A stretch of 64,000 bases of DNA, taken from contig CAYXUE010000002.1 in NCBI GenBank assembly GCA_964467885.1, positions 14,564-78,563 on the forward strand. The letters run 5' to 3'. Position numbers and translations under genes: made by a program. The notes under the pieces were generated by a model. That model did no database searches. It was not told the DNA's origin and saw nothing but the letters and a program-made list of their open reading frames with translations. Positions 42,258 through 49,684 of this stretch are shown here, in pieces. This DNA is from an uncultured bacterium. Lineage in GTDB: Bacteria; Deinococcota; Deinococci; Deinococcales; Trueperaceae. Positions within the stretch are counted from its first letter, which is position 1; every line of letters begins with the position of its first letter.

Positions 42258-42320
42258 CTGTAACCAGCTAAAAGAGTACACCGGTGTCGGTAACTTGTCA
42301 ATATGCTATGCTGGTTACAG
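42258..42320. promoter_or_regulatory. 11-bp perfect inverted repeat bracketing the putative promoter of the CGNR gene (candidate operator)
   Basis: ctgtaaccagc (42258-42268) and gctggttacag (42310-42320) are separated by 41 bp. The right arm ends at the ATG at 42321. Confidence 0.45.
42307..42312 (+). promoter_or_regulatory. -10-like box TATGCT, 8 nt upstream of the ATG at 42321 (leaderless-type)
   Basis: The sequence reads TATGCT ggttacag ATG, with no SD. Confidence 0.4.
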
Positions 42321-42896
42321 ATGAAGCTGCCCGAACTAACACCTGCCGACCCTACGCGCGCCCCTGGCCACCTGGCCGTGCTCGAGGAGTTCGTCAACAC
42401 CCTGCAGCTCGATACGGCTGAGGACAAGCTCCGCAACACCGAGCGGGCGGAGGAGTGGTTCAGGCTCCACGGCCTACTGGACGAAAATGAGCGCGTGACC
42501 GGACCCGAGCTGGAGCTGGCTCACGAGTTCCGGGGCGCGCTGCGCGCTCTGCTACTCAGCAACAACGGCGCCGAGATGGACGAGGGCGCGGTGGCGTCGC
42601 TCGAGCGCGTGCTGGGTGCCGCGACCGTCACCCTGGCGGTGGCCTCGGACGGCGCCTTTGAGCTGCGACCGTCGGGCTCCGGCCTGACCCGCGCGCTGGG
42701 CCTCATGCAGTCCGCCGTGTACGAGGCCATGCAGCAGGGCACCTGGCAGCGCTTCAAGGCCTGCGCCAGCGACACCTGCCAGTGGGCGTTCTACGACCAC
42801 TCCCGGAACCGCTCGCGCACCTGGTGCAGCATGGAGATCTGCGGCAACCGCCACAAGGTCAGGGAGCACCGCCGGAGGAACGCCGGGCAGTCCTGA
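42321..42896 (+). CDS. CGNR zinc-finger (ABATE domain) putative regulator
   Basis: C-terminal CSMEICGNRHKVREHRRR (CGNR motif), with upstream Cys residues (CASDTCQWAF). The alternative start is the ATG at 42303. Confidence 0.8.
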   Translation: MKLPELTPADPTRAPGHLAVLEEFVNTLQLDTAEDKLRNTERAEEWFRLHGLLDENERVTGPELELAHEFRGALRALLLSNNGAEMDEGAVASLERVLGAATVTLAVASDGAFELRPSGSGLTRALGLMQSAVYEAMQQGTWQRFKACASDTCQWAFYDHSRNRSRTWCSMEICGNRHKVREHRRRNAGQS

Positions 42897-42926
42897 GGCG
42901 CGGCCTCCTTGAATAGGCGGGCCGGT

Positions 42927-43877
42927 TCACTCCAGCCAGCGTTTGAGGAGCTTCGGCTCCAGAACGGGCTTACCGGCCTTCACGTTCGCCCGTAGCTTCC
43001 TCTCCAGCTCCTCGAAGCGGTCGCTGCGCTCGTCGGCCGGCAGGTTGAGCCGCAGCGCCAACACCAGCTCGGCCTCGCGGATCATGAGGCTCAGCCCCAC
43101 GGCCTCTGCGCCGCCGAGCGGGTCTGGCGCCCGGCGCCTGAAGCCGCTCAGGAACGGCGGCACGAAGCGCTCGGCCGCCTCCGCGGGCGTGGTCTCGGGG
43201 TCCGAACGCACCGCGTAATAGAACGGCATGGCCAGGTCGAAGGCGAAGGAGCCGTAGCCGCAGTCGTCGAAGTCGATGGCGGTCCAGCGCTGCTCATGCA
43301 GTAGCAGGTTGCCGTGATGCAGATCGGCGTGCACCAGGCCGGTGTCCGGCCCGGCTCCCAGCAGCTGCTCGGCGGCGGGCAAGAGCTGGCGCACCGCCTC
43401 CAAGAAGTCCTGGTCGTCCGGCACGGCCTCCTCGAACCTGGTGAGGTAGGTGTGCTCCAGCAGACTCTGCCGCTTGGGGCCGGGCGGGCTCCAGCTGCGG
43501 CTGTGCGCCTGTAGGCGGCCCAGCAGCTCACCCCAGGCCTCCACCAGCGGTTCGCTCAGTTCCGCCGGACGCGTACTGTTCCCCGGCGCGCGCTTGAACG
43601 CCACCAGCACTTTCTCGGGCTCCTCCAGGCGCTCTACCCACGCGCCTCTCTCGGACGGCAGGGGCAGCGCCACGGGGACGCCCGCCTCGTGCAGCGCCAG
43701 GAGCCAATCGACTTCGCCTTGCACCTGGCTGGGCGTGCGGTGGGCGGGGGAGATGACCTTGAGGATCGAGGGGCCGCACGGCCCCTCGTAGGAGTAGACG
43801 TCGCTCTCGAAGGCGCCGAGCTTGCTCAGCGCCGGAGCGGTGGTGCCGTACAGGACGGCGGCTGCCATCAGGTCCAT
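42927..43877 (-). CDS. Aminoglycoside/choline-kinase-fold phosphotransferase (APH family)
   Basis: VHADLHHGNLL (HxDxxxxN catalytic loop) and IDFDDCGYG (DFD metal-binding motif). Confidence 0.75.
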   Translation of the reverse strand: MDLMAAAVLYGTTAPALSKLGAFESDVYSYEGPCGPSILKVISPAHRTPSQVQGEVDWLLALHEAGVPVALPLPSERGAWVERLEEPEKVLVAFKRAPGNSTRPAELSEPLVEAWGELLGRLQAHSRSWSPPGPKRQSLLEHTYLTRFEEAVPDDQDFLEAVRQLLPAAEQLLGAGPDTGLVHADLHHGNLLLHEQRWTAIDFDDCGYGSFAFDLAMPFYYAVRSDPETTPAEAAERFVPPFLSGFRRRAPDPLGGAEAVGLSLMIREAELVLALRLNLPADERSDRFEELERKLRANVKAGKPVLEPKLLKRWLE

Positions 43878-43912
43878 GCCGTTGCGTCCTCTGGGGCCCG
43901 CGGAGCTTCGGG

Positions 43913-45139
43913 TCAGCTCCGGAAGATGACCTCTTCGCGCTGGAAGTTGCGGTGGGCGAACGCCAGCAGCAACCCGATGAGCACGATCATGGAGCCCCAG
44001 ACTAGGGCGAGGCGGTCCGGTTGCACCACGCCCCGCACCACGTCGTCCATGAGCAGGAGGACGTTGAAGACGGGGATGAGGTAGGCCTGGTCACCGAGCC
44101 CGATCAGGTCCTTGAACTGCAGGAGCACCACCGGGATGATGAAGAGGAACGAGAGCGGAGCGATGTAGCTCTGCGCCTCCTTGAACGACCGCGCGAACAG
44201 AGTGATGCCAATCAGCACGGCGGCCACTAGGGCGGCCAGCAACAGCGCGCTGATGACCAGGACCACCACCGACAGCGCGTCGATGCTGAGGCTGCCGCCG
44301 AACATTGCCACCATCTCCGCGCCCTCTTCGCCCAGGCGCGGCAGGAAGATGGCGTTCAGCGCCACGCCGCCTATCAGGAATCCGACTATGGCGGCCAGGG
44401 CCGCGCTCAGCCCGAAGGTGAGGGTGGCCAGGAACTTGCCGATCACGATCTCCGTGCGCTTGACGGGCGCCACCAGCAGCACCTCGAGCGTGCCGCGCTC
44501 CTTCTCGCCGGCGGTGGCGTCCACCGCCGTCATCTGCCCGCCCGTGAGCGTCCAGATGGCGATGAAGAAGGGTATGAGCCAGGAGAACTGGCCGCTGGAG
44601 CGCTCGGCCGCCGTACTGGCGTCCACCGCCTGCACCTGCAAGGGTTGCAGCACGGAGGGGTCAAGCCCGGCGTCCACCAGCCGCGTGGCTACCACCTGCT
44701 GCTGGTAGACGGCCACTGCCTGCTGCACCTTGGAGGCCTCCAGCTCGCTCTTCATGTTGCCCTGCTTGGAGTAGACGAGCAGCTCGCCCGTGCCGCCGTT
44801 GGCCATGGCGCTCAGCAGCGGCTCGTCCGCGCGGATGGCCACGTCGACGTCGCCGGCCTGCACGGCCTCCACGCCGTCGTCCACGGGCACCAGCTCCACG
44901 TTCTGGCTCTCCAGCAGCTCGACGAACTCGGCCGGGAGGTTGCCCAGGCCCACCACGCCCACCGGGGTGAGGTTGGTGGCGGTGCGCTCGAAGAGGCCGC
45001 CCAGCAGCAGGGGCATGCCCAGCATGACGACGGGCATGATGAGTAGCGGGATGAGCAGGTTGGAGACGATGGCGCGGGTGTCGCGCACGGTGGAGAGGAT
45101 CTCCTTGCGGGCGACGCGCCAGATCATCCTCGGCCGCAT
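43913..45139 (-). CDS. ABC-2 type transporter permease (NatB-like)
   Basis: One N-terminal TM segment, a large extracytoplasmic loop, and C-terminal TM segments. ATGA overlap with the upstream ATPase gene. Confidence 0.75.
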   Translation of the reverse strand: MRPRMIWRVARKEILSTVRDTRAIVSNLLIPLLIMPVVMLGMPLLLGGLFERTATNLTPVGVVGLGNLPAEFVELLESQNVELVPVDDGVEAVQAGDVDVAIRADEPLLSAMANGGTGELLVYSKQGNMKSELEASKVQQAVAVYQQQVVATRLVDAGLDPSVLQPLQVQAVDASTAAERSSGQFSWLIPFFIAIWTLTGGQMTAVDATAGEKERGTLEVLLVAPVKRTEIVIGKFLATLTFGLSAALAAIVGFLIGGVALNAIFLPRLGEEGAEMVAMFGGSLSIDALSVVVLVISALLLAALVAAVLIGITLFARSFKEAQSYIAPLSFLFIIPVVLLQFKDLIGLGDQAYLIPVFNVLLLMDDVVRGVVQPDRLALVWGSMIVLIGLLLAFAHRNFQREEVIFRS

Positions 45140-45891
45140 CAGCGCACCTCCTCCTGGCCCATGTCCACCTGGCTGACGAGGCGGAAGAACGCCTCCTCGA
45201 TGGTGCTGCTGCCGTTCGCCTCGATCAGGTTCCGCACGTTGTCCTCGGCGATCTTGCGTCCCCGGTAGATGATGGAGGCGCGGTCGCAGAGCTCCTCCAC
45301 CTCGCTCATCACGTGGGTGGAGTAGACGACGGCGCGGCCCCGGCTGGGGTAGTCGCGCACGAAGTCGATGACGGCGCGGCGCGCCACCACGTCAAGGCCG
45401 CTGGTGGCCTCGTCGAAGAAGATGACGGGCGGGTCGTGCAGGACGGCGCGGGCGATGACTATCTTCTGGGCCATGCCGGTGGAGAAGCCGCCGGCCCGCC
45501 GCGTGAGCGTGTCGCGCAGGCCCAGGAGTTCGTCGAGTTCGCTGATGCGCTGCTCGATGCGTTCCTCCGTCATGTCGTAGAGGCGGCCGAAGTAGTAGAG
45601 GATCTCGCGGCCGGTCAGGCGGTCGTACAAGCCCATGCCGCCGTTGACCACGCCGATGGCGGCGCGCACCTGCTCCGGCTGCTGGAGCACGTCGAAGCCG
45701 GCCACCTGGGCCGTGCCGCTATCCGGCTTGAGGAGGGTGGCGAGTATGCGAAGGGTGGTGGTCTTGCCCGCCCCGTTGGGTCCGAGCAGGCCGTAGACCT
45801 CGCCGGGGGCAACGGTGAAGCTCACGTCGTCGACGGCTCTGACCTTCCCGAAACTCTTGCTTAGGTTCTTCACGTCGATCAGGTCGGACAT
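45139..45891 (-). CDS. ABC transporter ATP-binding protein (NatA-like)
   Basis: GPNGAGKTT (Walker A), FSTGMAQK (signature-like), and VIFFDEATSGLD (Walker B). Confidence 0.9.
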   Translation of the reverse strand: MSDLIDVKNLSKSFGKVRAVDDVSFTVAPGEVYGLLGPNGAGKTTTLRILATLLKPDSGTAQVAGFDVLQQPEQVRAAIGVVNGGMGLYDRLTGREILYYFGRLYDMTEERIEQRISELDELLGLRDTLTRRAGGFSTGMAQKIVIARAVLHDPPVIFFDEATSGLDVVARRAVIDFVRDYPSRGRAVVYSTHVMSEVEELCDRASIIYRGRKIAEDNVRNLIEANGSSTIEEAFFRLVSQVDMGQEEVR

Positions 45892-45899
45892 ACCGGAGC

Positions 45900-45905
45900 A
45901 GTCTA
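45900..45905 (-). promoter_or_regulatory. -10-like box TAGACT, 8 nt upstream of the ABC ATPase ATG (leaderless-type)
   Basis: The minus strand reads TAGACT gctccggt ATG, with no SD. Confidence 0.45.
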
Positions 45906-46000
45906 ACGCCTGGACAGCGTGTCGTTACGTTGCGCGCCGGGGCGGCCCCTCGGACACCGACTCCCTTAGCACCGCCCGCTCGGGCCCTGATGGGGCTTGC

Positions 46001-46006
46001 TATCAT
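46001..46006 (+). promoter_or_regulatory. -10-like box TATCAT, 7 nt upstream of the ATG at 46014 (leaderless-type)
   Basis: The sequence reads TATCAT cgccgca ATG, with no SD. Confidence 0.45.
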
Positions 46007-46013
46007 CGCCGCA

Positions 46014-46793
46014 ATGTCGACCCAAGATCTTGCCGCCCTGGACGCGCATCAACTCCTGCCCCGGGTGCTAACGGAAGTGGACCGCGCCGAGTTGGGCACG
46101 CACCTGCTAGGTATGCGCCTGGCGCACCCCATGGTGCCCCGCTACAAGCGCGTGGCGCAGCTGCCGGGCGATGGTCTGGCGCTCTTCAGCGCCGAGGACG
46201 CCGTGGACGGAGCCAACAGACACCCGCCCGAGCAGACCATCGCGCTCCTGCCGGTGGAGCGTATGGGCACGCTCATCGATCGGGTGAGCCGCCTGGCGGA
46301 GCACGGCGTGGCGGCCGTGGCGCTGGACATGAGCTCCCTGGGCGAGACGCCCCCTTACGGCGAGCGCGCGTGGCGGCCGCGCACCCGGGAGGAGTTGGCC
46401 GAACTGCGCGCCGCCGCGGGGCGGCCCCTCTGGGTCGTGGGGCTGGGCAGCGGCGCCGACGCCGAGATCGCGGCCGAGGCTGGCGCCGATGGCGTGGTGG
46501 TGGGCTCGGAGCTGGGCCGGTACCTTGGCGCGCCCGCCGTCATAGACGTGCTGCCCGAGGTGATCGACGCGGTGGGCGGCATGCTTACGATCGTGGCGGG
46601 CGGACCCGTGCGCCACGGCGTGGACGTGCTGCGCTACCTGGCGGTGGGCGCCGAGCTGGTGGTGGTCGACGGCGAGCGCGCGCTGGATTCCCTGGCGGCG
46701 GAGCTGGCCTACGCCATGCGGCTCACGGGCTGCGCGGACGTGGCCGACATCGGCTACGAGGTGCTCTTCGCGCCGCTCTTCGGTGAACCGTGA
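46014..46793 (+). CDS. Short, divergent FMN-dependent alpha-hydroxyacid dehydrogenase-like (TIM barrel) protein
   Basis: AGADGVVVGSELGRYLGAPAVIDVLPEVIDAVGG...AGGPVRHGVDVLRYLAVGA aligns by eye with the canonical G-A-D-G-I-V-V-S-N-H-G-G-R-Q-L-D...G-G-I-R-x-G-x-D-V region. It is only ~259 aa. Confidence 0.55.
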   Translation: MSTQDLAALDAHQLLPRVLTEVDRAELGTHLLGMRLAHPMVPRYKRVAQLPGDGLALFSAEDAVDGANRHPPEQTIALLPVERMGTLIDRVSRLAEHGVAAVALDMSSLGETPPYGERAWRPRTREELAELRAAAGRPLWVVGLGSGADAEIAAEAGADGVVVGSELGRYLGAPAVIDVLPEVIDAVGGMLTIVAGGPVRHGVDVLRYLAVGAELVVVDGERALDSLAAELAYAMRLTGCADVADIGYEVLFAPLFGEP

Positions 46794-47377
46794 TCGCTTT
46801 CGTGCGCGGCACCGTGACGGAGGTGGACGACGTCAGCGTGGTGGTGGACGTCGGCGGTGTGGGCCTGGAGCTGCTGGCGCCCACCGCCACGCTGGCCAGG
46901 TGTCAGGCGGGCCAGGAGGTCACGCTGCGCACCCAGCTCATCGTGCGCGACGAGCAGCCCACTCTCTACGGCTTCCACGACCCCGATCAGATAACCGTGT
47001 TCCGGCGCCTGCTGGACGTGACGGGCGTGGGTCCCAAGGTGGCGCTCAGCGTGCTCTCCACCCTGCAGGTGTCGCTCATCGCCACGGCGGTGAGCAACCA
47101 GGACGCTGGCCTGTTGACGGCGGCGCCCGGTGTGGGCAAGCGAACGGCGGAGCGGATCGTTCTGGAGCTGCGCGACCGCCTGCCGGAATCGTTGCTGGCG
47201 GGTGCGGGCGTGGGGCGCCCCGCGCTCGCCGGAGCGGGGGAGGACGCGGTGGCCGCCCTCCTGGCCCTCGGTTACCGCGAGAGCCAGGTGAAGGGCGTGG
47301 TGGCCGAACTGGTGGCCGAGGCGCCGGAGGACGGCGCCGAGACCCTGATCAGGAAAGCGCTGGCGCGGCTCCGCTGA
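46790..47377 (+). CDS. ruvA: Holliday junction branch migration complex subunit RuvA
   Basis: MIAFVRGTV... OB-fold N-terminus, HhH region (LLDVTGVGPKVALSVL...APGVGKRTAERIVLEL), and C-terminal domain III. Confidence 0.9.
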   Translation: MIAFVRGTVTEVDDVSVVVDVGGVGLELLAPTATLARCQAGQEVTLRTQLIVRDEQPTLYGFHDPDQITVFRRLLDVTGVGPKVALSVLSTLQVSLIATAVSNQDAGLLTAAPGVGKRTAERIVLELRDRLPESLLAGAGVGRPALAGAGEDAVAALLALGYRESQVKGVVAELVAEAPEDGAETLIRKALARLR

Positions 47378-48476
47378 GAGCGGAGCTAGCGTCGGCGACC
47401 GAGATGTCGAACGCTTGGCCGACGCCGGGTTGCGTGAGCTTGCCGGCATGGGTGTTGAGGCCCTTGAGGAAGCTCGGGTCGCCTTTCAGGGCCTCCAGGC
47501 CCGCGCCCGCCAGTTTGAGGATGTAGGGCAGCGTCTGATTGGCCAGCGCCTTGGTGCTGGTGTTGGGCACGGCGCCGGGCATGTTGGACACGCCGTAGTG
47601 GATGACACCCTCCACCTCGTAGGTGGGTGACTCGTGGGTGGTGGGCTTGATGGTCTCGATGCAGCCACCCTGATCTACCGCCACGTCCACGATGACGCTG
47701 CCCGGCTTCATCAGGGAGAGCATGTCGCGCGTCACCAGCCGCGGGGCGCGCGCGCCGGGGATGAGCACGGCGCCGATGAGCAGGTCCGTCTGTGGCAGCA
47801 GCTCGAGGATGTTGCCCAGGTTGCTGGTGGTGGTCTGGATGCGGCCGTTGAAGACGTCGTCCAGGTACTGCAGCCTGGCGTGGTTCACGTCGAGCAAGTG
47901 CACGCGGGCGCCCAGGCCGAGCGCCAGCTTGGCGGCGTTGGTGCCCACCATGCCGGCTCCCAGCACCGTGACGGTGCCGCCCGCCACTCCGGGCACGCCG
48001 GAGAGCAGCAGGCCGCGGCCGCCGTGCGCGCGCTCCAGGAAGTGGGCGCCTACCTGCGGTGCCATGCGCCCCGCCACCTCGCTCATGGGCGTGAGGAGGG
48101 GCAGCGCTCCGTTGGGCAGCTGCACCGTCTCGTAGGCCACGGCGGTGGTGCCGGCCGCCAGCAGCGCCTCCGTGAGGGCCCGGTCGGCCGCTAGGTGCAG
48201 GTAGGTGAAGAGGATCTGCCCGTGGCGCAGGTAGCCGTACTCGGAGGCCATGGGCTCCTTGACCTTGAGTACCATCTCCTGGGACCAGGCGTCGCCCGCG
48301 TCGCCCAGCGTGGCGCCGGCCGCTACGTACTCCTCGTCCGCGAAGCTGGAGCCGACGCCGGCCCCGCGCTCCACCAGCACCTGATGGCCGGCGCTCACCA
48401 TGGACTGGACGGCGCCGGGCGTGGCCGACACCCGGTACTCCTGCGGTTTGATCTCTTTGGGGACACCGATTCTCAT
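47349..48476 (-). CDS. ald: Alanine dehydrogenase
   Basis: MRIGVPKEIKPQEYRVSATP at the N-terminus and the VLGAGMVGTNAAKLA NAD fold. An AGGAG SD lies 6 nt upstream. Confidence 0.9.
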   Translation of the reverse strand: MRIGVPKEIKPQEYRVSATPGAVQSMVSAGHQVLVERGAGVGSSFADEEYVAAGATLGDAGDAWSQEMVLKVKEPMASEYGYLRHGQILFTYLHLAADRALTEALLAAGTTAVAYETVQLPNGALPLLTPMSEVAGRMAPQVGAHFLERAHGGRGLLLSGVPGVAGGTVTVLGAGMVGTNAAKLALGLGARVHLLDVNHARLQYLDDVFNGRIQTTTSNLGNILELLPQTDLLIGAVLIPGARAPRLVTRDMLSLMKPGSVIVDVAVDQGGCIETIKPTTHESPTYEVEGVIHYGVSNMPGAVPNTSTKALANQTLPYILKLAGAGLEALKGDPSFLKGLNTHAGKLTQPGVGQAFDISVADASSALSGAAPALS

Positions 48477-48558
48477 ATACAGCTCCTGGCGCGTGCCATG
48501 TCGATGAGGCCGCCACGTTCTTCGCGGCGACGTTAGGGGTAGGTTGGTACCTCGGATT

Positions 48559-49629
48559 CTACCGTTGCCAGGCTCGCACTACCCGCACCGGTTGGACCGT
48601 GGGAGTACCCCGGTGGTCCGCTGCTACCGCTTGGTGCCGGCCCGCCTCGCCGGCCGCGTTGCCAGCCGCGGGGGGGTCGGCCGCGGCGGGTTCTGCCGGG
48701 GCGCCATGCTCAGCTGGGGCGAGCGGCTCGACCAGCGCCACCAGCGCGCCGTCCGCCTCGTGCGCTACCGTCAACTCGCTCACCGGAAGCTGGATCCTCT
48801 TGCCCTGCCTCAGGGCCAGAGCCGTGGCTTCGTCCACCAGCAGCTTGGGCTGGCTGAGCGCTGTCAGGGGGTCGATGCCCGGCGTGTTGCCCAGTTCCTC
48901 CAGCGCCGCGCAGTCGCTGAGGTCGATGCCGCCGGCGCCGGTCCTCACCAGTCCCGCCAGGTGGGCGGGCACGCCGAGCGCGCTCCCCAGGTCGCGGGCG
49001 AACGAGCGGACGTAGGTACCTGCGCCCACGCTAAGGGCGAAGAGCGCGGTGGGAAGCTCGGCCAGGGTCGGCGGCAGTTCGAAGGTGCGGCCCTCCGGGT
49101 TCGCTCGCCAACCCGCCGGCGTGGGGCCGAAGCGTTGCGGCAGGTCCTCGCGGCTGGGCCCGAACGCGAGGAGTTCCACGGCGTGGTACTTCACCGGCCG
49201 CGCTGGCGGCTCCTCGATCTCGCCTCGGCGAGCGGCGGCGTAGCTGCGCTGGCCCTGCTGCTTGACGGCCGAGAAGGCGGGCGGCTTCTGGCTGGTCACA
49301 CCCAGGAAGGCTGCCGCGGATTCCGCGATGCCTTCGCCTGTGAGGGTCCGAAGCGCCTGCGGCTCCGCCGTATCGGTGAGCGGTCCCTCGGCATCGAGCG
49401 TGGGCGTGCCTGCCCCGAGCGCCACCCAGGCCAGGTAGCGCTTGTCGCCCGCCGTGAGGTAGGGGGAGAGTTTGGTGGACTCGTCCGCCAGCAGCACGAG
49501 GACGCCAGTGGCCAGCGGGTCGAGGGTACCGGCGTGCCCCACCCGACGGGTGCCCAGGTTGCGGCGCGCCCGGGCCACCACATCGTGCGATGTGAGGCCC
49601 AGCGGCTTGTCGACGGGATGAACGGACAC
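48559..49629 (-). CDS. truB: tRNA pseudouridine(55) synthase TruB with an Ala/Pro-rich C-terminal extension
   Basis: GHAGTLDPLATGVLVL catalytic Asp motif. GTG start. Confidence 0.9.
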   Translation of the reverse strand: MSVHPVDKPLGLTSHDVVARARRNLGTRRVGHAGTLDPLATGVLVLLADESTKLSPYLTAGDKRYLAWVALGAGTPTLDAEGPLTDTAEPQALRTLTGEGIAESAAAFLGVTSQKPPAFSAVKQQGQRSYAAARRGEIEEPPARPVKYHAVELLAFGPSREDLPQRFGPTPAGWRANPEGRTFELPPTLAELPTALFALSVGAGTYVRSFARDLGSALGVPAHLAGLVRTGAGGIDLSDCAALEELGNTPGIDPLTALSQPKLLVDEATALALRQGKRIQLPVSELTVAHEADGALVALVEPLAPAEHGAPAEPAAADPPAAGNAAGEAGRHQAVAADHRGTPTVQPVRVVRAWQR

Positions 49630-49635
49630 GCTCAG

Positions 49636-49641
49636 ATGCTA
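49636..49641 (-). promoter_or_regulatory. -10-like box TAGCAT, 6 nt upstream of the truB GTG (leaderless-type)
   Basis: The minus strand reads TAGCAT ctgagc GTG, with no SD. Confidence 0.45.
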
Positions 49642-49684
49642 GCCCGCGGCCGGCCGGAAGGAGCCGGCCGCGGACCCGTGAGGC

